DNA of 64,000 nt, taken from NCBI GenBank assembly GCA_951406725.2, contig OX597840.1, positions 13,392,001 to 13,456,000 of the forward strand, written 5' to 3'. Shown here piece by piece: positions 42,299-55,300 of the stretch. The notes below the pieces were generated by a model, which ran no database searches, was not told the origin of the DNA, and was given only the letters and a program-made list of their open reading frames with translations. Numbering within the stretch: the first letter of the stretch is position 1; every line of letters begins with the position of its first letter. Position numbers and translations under genes: made by a program. This DNA comes from Octopus vulgaris. Lineage: Eukaryota.

Positions 42299-43897
42299 TG
42301 TTTTGCAACTATACTCCCCCCGGAACCGACTATGGTTTCCCGCGCAGGCTCCCCGCCGGGTCATCGAAGCGGGACAAACAAGGACAGACTAACGGATTAA
42401 GTCGATTATATCGACCTCAGTGCGTAACTGGTACTTATTTAATCGACCCCGAAAGAATGAAAGGTAAAGTTGACCTCGGCGGAATTTGAACTCAGAACGT
42501 AGCGGCAGACGAAATACCGCTAAGCATTTTGCCCGGCGTGCTAACGTTTCTTATTTCTTTATTGCCCACAAGGTGCTAAACATAGAGGGGACAAACAAGG
42601 ACAGACAGAGGGATTAAGTCGATTACATCGACCCCAGTGCGTAACTGGTACTTAATTTATCGACCCCGAAAGGATGAAAGGCAAAGTCGACCTCGGCGGA
42701 ATTTGAACTCAGAACGTAAAGACAGACAAAATACCGCTAAGCATTTCGCCCGGCGTGCTAACGTTTCTGCCAGCTCGCCGCCTTTCCTATATATCACAAT
42801 ACTAAATGAAAGCCACTGTGAGAGATATTTTCTCCTGGTTTTCCTAACCAATAGTTAGTAATGTGCATTATACACAAGAGGAGGCACAATAGCCCAGTGG
42901 TTAGGACAGCGGATTCGCGGTCATAGGGTCGCGGTTTCAATTCCCTGACCGGGTCTTGTGAGTGTTTATTGAGCGAAAACACCTAAAGCTTTACGAGCTT
43001 TCGGCAGTGGGTGGTGGCGGACCCTGCTGTACTCTTTCACCACAACTTTCTCTCTTCCTGTTTCTCTTGTACCTGTATTTCAAAGGGCCAGCCTTGTCAC
43101 ACACTGTGTCACGCTGAATCTCCCCGAGAACTACATTAAGGGTACACGTGTCTGTGGAGTGCTCAGCCATTTATACGTTAATTTCACGAGCAGGCTGTTC
43201 CGTTGATTGGATCAACTGGAACCCCCGTCGTCGTTACCGTCGGAGTGTCACGATACACAAGAATGTATTATATACGAATAAATACTGTGTGCTTAATTAA
43301 ATTGTTATAAATGTACAATATCAGTGGAAAACCTTGTTTAACATTCTGTTTTAGACCATTATTGGAAGTAATTGGCACAGCTTGAAACTGAAACTTCCTG
43401 ATGAGAAATCTGGATGGAAAATAGAATTCAGAACAATGGAGGTAACATTTTACTAGAAACTATCTCCTTAATAAATATTGGGTTGTCCGGAAAGTTCGTG
43501 TCGATTTTTAAAGGAAAGAAAAAGGTCAATAAATACTTGCCATTACATTTTTCATCAACCAAATATGAACCATTTTGTTGCACAATGCGTCTCCATCTTT
43601 CCTTCAGCTTGAAAATACCCTCTTCCCAGAATTGAGGTGACTGGGAGGGTAAGTCAAAAGGTAAGCTACTATAAATCGGCACAAACTTTCCAGATAACCC
43701 AATTTTGTAGTATGCTTCATTGTATATTGGCTCAGGTATAATTATTTGGTGTTGGTTTCATATCAACATGGCTCTGAGTTCAATCTCACCACGAGTCACC
43801 TTGCAGAAGTGTTTTCTAATAATTTGGGGTTGATTGATATCTTGAGTGGAATTTGGTATATTCTTTGTCTAGTTTGAGCCATCAGACACATACACAT

Positions 43898-43969
<72 letters not shown>

Positions 43970-46558
43970 ACAGTACACCTATATATGACAGGCTTCTCTC
44001 CAGTTTCCAGCTATATTCTTTGAACCGTCGAACACTACATGTACCAATCTGGAGGATTCAGTCAGTCATATCGATCTTGCAACTTATTTCCTCGAACTTC
44101 ATAAACACCAGGACCGGTTTCCAAACGGCGATTGCGCATGCATAACCATGATCTTCTACACACGTGCACACACACGCGCGTCCGCATGGATACGTTCAAG
44201 AATATATATTTCTTTACTACCCGCAAGGGGCTAAACATAGAGGGGATAAACAAGTACAGACAAACGGATTAAGTCGATCAGATCGACCCCAGTGCGTAAC
44301 TGGTACTTAATTCATCGACCTCGAAAGGATGAAAGGCAAAGTCGACCTTGGCGGAATTTGAACTCAGAACGTAACGGCAGACGAAATACTTATTTTATTA
44401 CTACCCACAAGGGGCTAAACACAGAGAGGACAAACAAGAACAGACAAACGGATTAAGTCGATTATATCGACCCCAGTGCGTAACTGGTACTTAATTTATC
44501 GACCCCGAAAGGATGAAAGGCAAAGTTGACCTTGGCGGAATTTGAACTCAGAACGTAGCGGCAGACAAAATACTGCTAAGCATTTCGTCCGGCGTGCTAA
44601 CGTTTCTGAAGCTCACCGACTTCATTCAATTATATATAACAGGCTTCTTTACAGCTTTGTCTGTCGCATTTCCCTTCAAATTTCATTCACATACATCTTA
44701 ATATCACCGTTCCCCATGTATTCTTTTCTACTCTAGGCACAAGGCTCGAGATTTTTGTGGAGGGGAACCAATCGATCAGATCCACTCTAGTCCACAACTG
44801 GTACTTAATTTATCGACCCCGAAAGAATGAAAGGCAAAGTCGATCTCGGCGGAATTTGAACTCAGAACGTAAAGACAGACGAAATACCAATTTCTTAATT
44901 GCCCACCGGGGGCCAAACATAGAAATGGACAGAACAACTGATGGGATCAGTAAAGCGATATGGCTTTACATATAATGTGACTAAAAATTAAATAAAATAT
45001 TAAAAAATCGAATGAAATCAACAATACAAAGACAATACAAATGAAGCAATGATCAGACCACGCTCCGACCCCACAAGCCCCTATCTATCACTGGTACCTT
45101 TTTTGTTTTTGTTCTTTTTTCCATCTATTCACACGGCTTCTTGCACGCAGAACACTCGTGCAACATGCTTCCATCTCTTTTGGAACATACATCTCTTCAC
45201 CGGCCACACCTTCCTTTTCAAATGAAAAGTAAAAAATGATCGTAAATTGTGGCCGGATTTAAAGTTGCCTGTCTTAATCCCTTTTATCCTAGTCTTCAAT
45301 ACTGCCTCTTTCGCCATTGCTACAACCGTGAGAAAACAATTCTTACCTTCGTTTGTTAAAACTCCCGGTGAGTCAACTTTTATAATTGACTCAGTCAAGA
45401 GCTGTACTCTTACTTCGCTGGACAACAGGTGTTCAGCATAAGCCCACATTTCAGATATCTCCGGACACTGAACAATAGCGTGAGGGACGGTTTCCCTGTC
45501 TCCTCCACATCTTAGACAGGTCGGCGACTGACGCTTACCGTGCCTAACAAGATTATCCCAAACGGGCAAGGCACCTCTGTAGCATTGCCAGGTTAAGGAC
45601 TTTTGGAAGTTGGCCAACGTTCTCAACCGAATGTACGGTAAAACAGGCTGTCTAGTTGCATAAACCCGAGACCTAGAGTCGGTCTTAGGCCATCATCGCA
45701 TTCAAACTCTACCAACCCACTAAGTTGTCCGAGCATCGGAATAGCAAGAGGGCCTTACGGAACTCTTTATGCCATTCACTCGACCTCGGTCCATGAGAGC
45801 ACCAGGATTCCTGTTCACAAAAACTTTTGAACTCGGGGAACATTTGTCTGGCCAGCGGAGACCACACCCGTTCATTATCCAGGAGAATCCAGAGGTGCCT
45901 CAACCTCAACGCATGTCTGTGCATCATTAACCAAGGCTTCCTTAAACCTCCCTTAAAAGGCTTTTGATAGCAGACAGAGCGTTCGCAAGTGGTGACCTGC
46001 CCTTCCACAAAAATCGAAAGAGCTGTCTCTCCAACCTGATCAACCACGAATCTATATAGCCGTATTACAGCCTATATACCATTTTCACATTTACATTCAA
46101 ATCTCAGCCCATATTTTAGTATCACCAAAATTTACATTTCAACCATCTTAAAAAGTTATGCATCCTTTCTCTTAAAAGCACAAGACCTGAAATTTGGAGG
46201 GAGGGGACGAGTCGATTACATCGACCCCAGTTGTTCAACTGGTACTTATTTTATCGACCTCGAAAGGATGAAAGCAAAGTCGACTCGGCGGAATTTGAAC
46301 TCAGATCGTAACGAAATACCGCTAAGCATTTCGTCCAGCGTGCTAACGATTCTACCAGCTCACCGCCTTAATAGTGTAATAAACAATCTTATATAGGCGC
46401 AGGAGTGGCTGTGTGGTAAGTACCTTACTTACCAACCACGTTGTTCCGGGTTCAGTCCCACTGCGTGGTACCTTGGGCAAGTGTCTTCTACTATAGCCTC
46501 GGGCCGACCAAAGCCTTGTGAGTTGATTTGGTAGACGGAAACTGAAAGAAGCCCGTCG

Positions 46559-46617
<59 letters not shown>

Positions 46618-46850
46618 GTGTGTGTGTTTGTGTGTCTGTGTTTGTTCCCTCAACATCACTTGACAACCGATGCTGGTGTGGCTACGTCCCCGTAACTTAG
46701 CGGTTCGGCAAAAGAGACCGATAGAATAAGTACTAGGCTTACAAAGAATAAGTCCTGGGGTCGATTTGCTCGACCAAAGGCAGTGCTCCAGCATGGCCGC
46801 AATCAAATGACTGAAACAAGTAAAAGCGTAAAACAGTAAAGAGTAAAAGA

Positions 46851-46905
<55 letters not shown>

Positions 46906-48153
46906 CTTATATATATTTTATGTACGTATTTTATATATTTCCAGCTTCAGTTGACCGATTTTGAAAACGCTGCCCTTGTCGTATTTCTGGTTCTTCTTAC
47001 CCGAGTTATACTTTCTTTCAAATTAAACCTTTTGGTCCCAATAACGAAGGTAAACATTGATTTCTCTACAATAAACATTAAACCATCTGAAGCACCCATA
47101 CGTATGTAAGCTATCACTCACCTAGGCTCTTAATCCCGCCTAGGACACTGACCATCGACGATCTCCCTCCACTCATTCCAGTCCTCACCATTCCTCTCCA
47201 TTATTTCTCGGTCATCTACATCTCATTCTGCAGTTTTGTACCCTTCCTCTTGTTCTTCTCTTCTGGAGGTTCCAGCTAAGGAACTACTTTGTTACGCTGG
47301 TGTGGAGGTCTCACAAAACAGTGGATCCAGTCCAGTGCCACTTACTTTGCTTTATCTCCCTGTCAATGGGGGTCTGCTGGGTTTGCTCCAAAAAGGTTGT
47401 GTTGCTGAATTTCTTCAGTTAACGGACTGAGAATCATTTGCTGATGACATTCTGGGTCTTCTCTAGTGCTGCTTTTGTATATCTCCTCTTCTTGGTCCCA
47501 TAAAATAGAACTAACCGTGGTGAGAGAACTTGCGTAGTTCTTTTACAATAAAACCTATATTGGTAGAGAGTTTATGATCTCTGACTGATCCATTAATTCC
47601 GAACCGGCTAAAATGTAGGATATAGGCTAAAAACTAGTCCCTGGTCTACTAATTAAAGTTTACGCATGGAGGAAAAACAAAGCAATATGAGTTACAGGAG
47701 ATATTTAATCATATCTCAACACACCGGTTTCATAGCATTATCATTTTTCAAGCTATTAATGTCATCCTTAATGAAACATTTAAATTATTTACATGAACAA
47801 TACGTTTTAGTTGCTATGAACTCCGGCCGTCTTGCTGGATTATTTATTTATTTATTTATTTATTCGCTAGTTTCATCATTCGATGGTAACCATGTTGGGA
47901 TACCGTCTTTAAAAGTTTCAGTAAATTATATCAACCACAGCATCCATTCATTTTATCAGTTTCTCTTTATCAAAAGACCGACCGTGGACCATGGAGAACT
48001 GTATGGGCTTAACAGTCAATGATTTCGAGTGAAGATTCACACAACACAAACTCTTTCCGGTAAAGACTCAGTGAAATTTCCACCTCAAACTCCTACTTTA
48101 TCTGAAAACTCCAAGACAAAACATGCGACATCCCTAGCACCACATACATTATT

Positions 48154-48226
<73 letters not shown>

Positions 48227-49440
48227 TTTATGCTAGTTTCTCTGTGACCCTTTTTGGTCCTATGCAGCAAATCTCCCTGTTTATAAAATGTCTATTTCCT
48301 AATTTAAAATGTTTTTTATCGTAATTTTATGCGAGAGCTTTGCATCCGTTGCACCTGTACAGGTAACGTCGATTTGATGGAGGGAGTGAGCTTATGTCTA
48401 CACAAACATTTGATCACTATAAACAAAAGGTCAGTGTGGGTGTTTGGTAAGAAATTGTCGAAACCTCATACGTCGCCTAACGACGGCAGAGTCCATCATA
48501 TATATATATACATGCGTATAATATGGGATGACCACTAAGTGGACATCCAATATGCTAGAAGAAGATCATCTACCATCTAACCACAAAGAATGTACTCTAG
48601 AGAAATTCAGCAAACACCAGGACATAAGCGGGTAAGACAGATGAAAATATACAAAATACAGAATTAATCGTAGACCGATTTCGTCATTAACGATTTTACT
48701 TACGTAATCATCGTCCGTGGACTCTTCCGTACGATCGTTCCAATTCAATATAATTTATAGAACTATACACGAGTTGTCCTCATAAAATTAGACGTGTGTA
48801 TAGTTCTACCGATTACATTGGGGTTATTTTCAAATGTCTAAGTTCTGGTGCGCCAAATCCCGGAAACAGTTCCGCAGTAGATAATTCACTGCAGTTAATG
48901 TTGCCGGTTAGAGAATATAATTATTTAAAATTCAAATAATTAAATTTGAAATTTAAATTATTATTTAAATAATAATTTAAATAATTTGGCGCGCCAGAAC
49001 TTAGACAATTGAAAATAACCCCAATGTAATCGGTAGAACTATACACACATCTAATTTTATGAGGACAGCTCGTGTATAGTTCTATAAATTATATTGAATT
49101 GGAACGATCGTACTGAAGAGTCCACGGACAAGAATTACGTAAGTAAAATCGTTAATAACGAAATCGGTCTACGATTAATTCTGTATTTTGTATATTTTCA
49201 TCTGTCTTACCCGCTTATGTTCTGGTGTTTGCTGAATTTCTCTAGAGTACATTCTTTTCTTTGTGGTTAGGTCGTAGATGATCTTCTTCTAGCATATTGG
49301 ATGTCCACTTAGTGGTCATCCCTTGTTATACGCACGTATTACAACTTTTCTTAATTTTCAGATTTTTCTATATGCTAGGCTACTGGTTTTGAATTGATGT
49401 TAATTAAATTAATATTCAATTTATCACCCTCATTATTTAA

Positions 49441-49478
<38 letters not shown>

Positions 49479-49901
49479 TCATCATTGTTTAACGTTCTCC
49501 TTCTATGCTGGCATGAGTTGGACGGTATGACAGGAGTTGCATCAGACTTTTGTGTCTGTTTTTTGGGGTGGGGGCGGTCTTTTACAGTTGTCTTCCTAAC
49601 ACTATCAGAGTGCACTCAGTGCTTTTTACGAGGAGAGGTCAGTTTTGGCTTGGTTTTTACAGCTGGATGCCCTTCCAAACGCCAACCACCTTCGTGTGAG
49701 AACTGAATGATTTTAAGTGGTACTAGCACTGCCAGGGTTACCAAATATCTTGCAAGACAAAGATCCTTTGAGAAGGGAGGGGGCATTGGAGGAGGTGATC
49801 TTGTGTCAGAAGACGAAAGGTTATAGTGAGACAGAGGGACAGAAACAGGTGTCTTGCTGTAGGAGAGGTACAAGTTTACCAGACCAGAGGTGTGTGTTTG
49901 T

Positions 49902-49943
<42 letters not shown>

Positions 49944-51874
49944 TCATTTTCTACTCAATTTTATCCTCTTCAAGGTTGATGAAAACTTCACATCAGCACA
50001 AAAGCGGGATTCCACTAATACAGAAAAGTTTCACTTCAGGAAAAATATTCAAAAGGGTAAGAATGAAATTTCTTGGAAATTTTCAGAGTAATTATTACTT
50101 AATCTTGACTAAATATTTATTTCTTTATTGCCCACAGGGGGCTAAACATAGAGGGGATAAACAAGGACAGACAAAGGGATTAAGTCGATTACATCGACCC
50201 CAGTGCGTAACTGGTACTTAATTTATCGACCCCAAAAGGATGAAAGACAAGGTCGACCTCGGCGGAATTTGAATTCAGAACGTTAAGACAGGCGAAATAC
50301 AGTAACATATTTCGCCCGGTGTGCTAACGTTTCTGCCAGCTCGCCGCTTTGTTTTTGACTAACTATTGTTATAGGTTAGAAAATGTCAGCCCTTACTGAG
50401 TAGAAATATGTTCAAATAAATTCCATTCATGACCAGTCTGTATTTTTAAAGATTAATTCCGCTCCATTTATCAATGAATCCTGCCTCATTTCAGTTCGGC
50501 AGGTGATATCAGGAAGGTTTTGGTCGCCATTGCCAGCTTATCAAGCGGTTATGTAACGACTCATGGCTGCGAATATTAATTAAGGCTCGATGATAATAAG
50601 TTAATTAATACATTTTCCTATTCTTAATCAAATCAACAAACACATCTGTGTAAAACCTAAGAGCTGCTATGTCAGGGGTGTCACAACCGGAGTGTCACAA
50701 CAGCATTTAAGGGTGTCCACCAGAGTTTATATTTTTTCTATTGGAGTAAAACAAGGGGTGTCATGTACATTAATTGTAAGGAGGAAAGGTGACGGGGTCA
50801 CGGAAACAGTGGGAATCATTACTATTTGTCTCTCACAATATACAAACATGTAAATTTGCATAGTGAAGGTGCGTGGTCGAGTGGTTAAGGTTTTCGGCTA
50901 TCGAATCGTAATATCGTGAGTTCAATTACTGGAGTGGGCAGCACGTTATGTCTTTGAGCACAACACTTCATTTTACATTGCTCCAGTCTTCTCAGTACCA
51001 ACCAAATTCTGGTACTGTCTTTCTCTCTGTCACTCTTTCTCTCTCACCCTCTCTCCAGCTCTCTTATCCTGGATGTGCCGCTGGCTGAAATGGTAAGAGA
51101 GTCGAGATCATATCTATGACTACTCGCGACTACATAAGCACCTAAAACAATGAGCAAAAGTTTGGTACATGTCATCGAGCCATATTCGTAAGTAGGTGAC
51201 GGCTGGCTCCACATTTACCTTATAATAGAAACACTTATTACTGTTGTTATTATGATATGTTTGGCTTTTGCTTTGTATTTGCACAAGTTGACCCCAAGAC
51301 TCACCCAGAGACCTCAAGGGACAAGTTAGAAGTTCAAGTTATGACTAGGGTGTCATATGTTGGGTTTTGAACTGAGTATTGTTCTAGAGAATTCTGTCAA
51401 AACAAGTAAATTAAAAGTTTGTTTTAAAAGTAATTTGATTATAAGATGATAGTTTGATGTTGAGATGACAGTAAAAAGTGTTTGCTGTTATGTACATTTA
51501 AAAGTATTTTGGCAGTTTACGGATTAAAATGTTTTGGGTATTACATTATTATTATTATTATGTAATAGAAATATTAAAATTACTAAGTCTCTCTAAAAGA
51601 GAACAACGGCAGCGTTCCCGGAAAATAATAGTTATCGCCATACTAATATGGCATTCTTATAAAAATAAGAATAAAGCTGTCCGCTTATTAGCTCCATGAG
51701 GCCATCGCCTTAAGTTAGCTATTGTTCGAAGGTTATATGGATACAGTTTGTGTATCAAATAGCTAACTTAAGGCGATGGCCTCATGGAGCTAATAAGCGG
51801 ACAGCTTTATTCTTATTTTTATAAGAATGCCATATTAGTATGGCGATAACTATTATTATTATTATGATTATTAC

Positions 51875-51921
<47 letters not shown>

Positions 51922-52283
51922 TATGTTTGACTTTTGCTTTACATTTGTACAAGTTGGCTCCAAGTCTCACCAAGAGACCTCAAGAGACAACAAGTTCGAA
52001 GTTCATGTTGGTATTATGCCTAGGGTGCCATATATTTGGTTTTGTACATAATGTTGTTCTAGAGAATGTTTAAGAAACCATAAGAAAATTACGTGATTGT
52101 TTTAAAACTTGAGATTACATAGAAAGTATTTTGCGTAGGATATGAGCAGTTCCCATGAACACTATCTTTTGAATTTCTGCCAATTTGGAATTTCATTAAT
52201 ATCTGAGCTAGGTAGCAATCAGCCCCTTTTGCTATCATTTCCAGGGCACCTATGACAACAGGTATTGTTTTAGTTTATTATTA

Positions 52284-52329
<46 letters not shown>

Positions 52330-55300
52330 CATCATCATCATCATCATCATTATTATCATCATCATCATCATTATCATTATTATTTTAATGTATGATGCAA
52401 CCACTTGCCTGGTCACACCCATCATCCTAGGGCAAGTGAAGGTTAAGAGATATTTGAACATAGCTGAAAGCTTAAGGGGGGAGTGGGGAGGACTCTACAG
52501 AAATACATTCATATACAACACAGCACGAACATTTAAGGACTTATCTAAGTATGTGAGCAATACTTGTCGACAAAATATTTTGGATTTCTTTGATATATGG
52601 CTGTCTTGGGATGTTCTCTAGATGTTTGGGACATCCCTCTTTTATCATACCAAGGACATCTACAATAATAGAAACAGATTTTGATTAAGATGCCACATTG
52701 TTTGTATTTCAATTTTCAGGTCCTTATATTTTCTAAATTTATTAAATCCCTTGACAATTTTTTTTTTTTACCAATGAAGACACTTACATCTATCAGTTTA
52801 CAAGTATTTTCTTTACTGTCTTTGGTGAAATAGTCCGAAATAGGATGGTATATTGTTTAATCAAATGTGTTGTAGAATCTGCACTTTGGGTCAGTTTTTA
52901 AGAGATTCTGGTAAACAAGCTTTGATCTTGTGCCGCCGGTAACAAGCCTCCAGTCTCTGCTTTCAATACCGACCTCCTCAGCCGCCTATGAGTTGTTGCT
53001 TGGTCTACATCAGCATTTTGACTTCGAAGAATATACTGTCCATGCAAGCCCTTCTGTTTCCATCGCTCCTCTGTTGCTTCCTGTTTTTTAGCAGTCTGTT
53101 TAATTCGTTTTACTTTCATGATAGCAGTGGTTTCGGGTTCTTCGTATAATTCACGCTTAACTTCAAGTTCCCTTGAGAAGTTATACGCTTCCTTGACAAT
53201 AGAATACGGCTTTCAATAGACAATAGAATATGGTTTTCTTGCCCAAGCTGAAGCATCCAATCCTCTATACTAGATATGTACCTATTCATCCCTATACAAT
53301 AATAATAAATGCGCCCTTTTAAAGCCTAGCCAGGCTCATGAGCCTGGTTTCCAGATTTCAATGGCGTAAGTGTTCCCCAGCTGGACAGGACGTCAGTCCA
53401 TCGCAGCGTTACTTATTTTTGCCAGCTGAGTGGACTGGAGCAACGTGGACTGGAGCTCAAGAACACAACGCGTCGCCCGGTCCAGGAATCGAAACCACAA
53501 TCTTACGATCATGGTGCTGACACCTTAACCACTCTTTAGTAGAGGTTTTATAGCAGAGTTCTAATAACATCATTCCCCTTCCTCCTCCGCTGCTTCTATG
53601 TAGGCACAGACTGTCAGTATCTGCCTCAGGGCTGTGCATGTTATTAGAGGTCAATAGTTTTCTTGTCTTCTTGTTCATGCTTTTGAGTTCCGTAGGATTC
53701 CAATTAACGATATTAACTGTACTAGACTGCTTGAACTGCCAGGGTGTTAATGGTTTCGATGCGATTTTTAGAGTTAAGTTCAGTACTTTTTTACAATAGG
53801 ACAAAATTTATATATTATATTATTTACTCTCAAAGAGTATGACTTTACTGCCCACAAGGGGCTAAACATAGAGGGGATAAATAAGGACAGACGAACGAAT
53901 TAAGTCGATTGTATCGACCCCAGTGCGTAACTGGTACTTATTTAATCGACCCCGAAAGGATGAAAGGCAAAGTCGACCTCGGCGGAATTTGAACTCAGAA
54001 TGTAACAGCAGACGAAATTCCGCTCAGCATTTCGCCCGGCCTGCTAACGTTTCTGCCAGCTGTCTTATTCTCCGAGAGTCCTCCACAGTAGCATGATCTA
54101 TGCCATCTCCTTCATTTATACCCAGGTATTTATAAGTTTCTTGTGAGTCGAGTTCGTTGATGGCAGTGTCAATATCTAATTTAACGGATGTTGTTTGTCT
54201 GAGCTTACCTCTTACAAAAGTTGCGATAGCACACTTATCGAGGCCAAAGTCCATCTCACTATCATTGCTAAACTCTCTAACAGTTGTTAGCAATTTTCTA
54301 ATTCTTGGTCATTCATTGCAAAAAGTTTCTTATCGTCCATGTAAAAAAAGATGGTTTAATATCTTGTTAATACTTTTGTACCCGTATCCGGTGTTGTTCA
54401 ATTCATTTAAGAGAGGGATCAGCCCCATGCAAAAATGTAATGAGCGAGAGAGTTTCATTGAAAGATGCCACACTTGATGTTGGTGCCATTTATGTGGGCC
54501 ATCACCAAGCGCTCTCCTTGTACTCTATCCATGCCGTACTTAAGTTTTTGATTTTACTGCGAAAATTCTCGAAAATCATTCTATTTAAGAGCATCGCCCA
54601 AAGGAATTTCTTTAACAACATTTTTGCACTTGTAGAAGAATAGAGTTCTGTTCAAGGAAAGCGCACATTCTTTCAGTTATTATGATAAATGATAATTATG
54701 TGTTATTATGGATATGAGGATCTTGTAGGTAATATTGAGACATGTTATTAGTCGGTAGTTCTTAGGGTCGTTTGTATCCTCAGTTTTTGGTAGTAGGTGG
54801 TTAGTTTGTTCAGTTACCCAGGCCAGTATTTGCTCTGGGTTCTGAATGATATCAGTTAGAGATACAGAAAGATTTTCATGAACTTCTGCCAAACAATTCA
54901 GCCAGAAGTTAGGAATCCAATCCAATCCTGGGGTTTCGATTTATGAAACCTTCTCAGAACTCACTTTGCTCTTCTATTCCTATCGCTTCCCAATTCTCTG
55001 TTCTTCAACTTCATCTAATATCTCTTTCCCATGTTCTATCAGGTCCACTTCAGCACTATACACTTTTTGTTGTTCCATATCTGCTTCCGGAACTCTTCCT
55101 CTTCCTCAGTTTTAGGTGGTTCCTTTACCTCTCTATTACTTTTGTCAAGTCTCTATAAAATTACTTCGCACCTCACACCCGTTTTAAAAGCATACCTTCT
55201 AAGCCGTTGACTGTATATCATCATCATTATCATCATCATCATCATCATCATCATCATTGCTATTATTATTATTATTATCATCATTATTATTATTATATGT

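Noticed and set aside
42253-42368. Functional 18S rRNA gene
   Set aside because: Only ~116 nt, embedded in a SINE, with no other rDNA nearby.
41930-42785. CRISPR-like repeat array
   Set aside because: The units are ~175-bp SINE bodies without unique spacers, in a eukaryotic intron with no cas genes.
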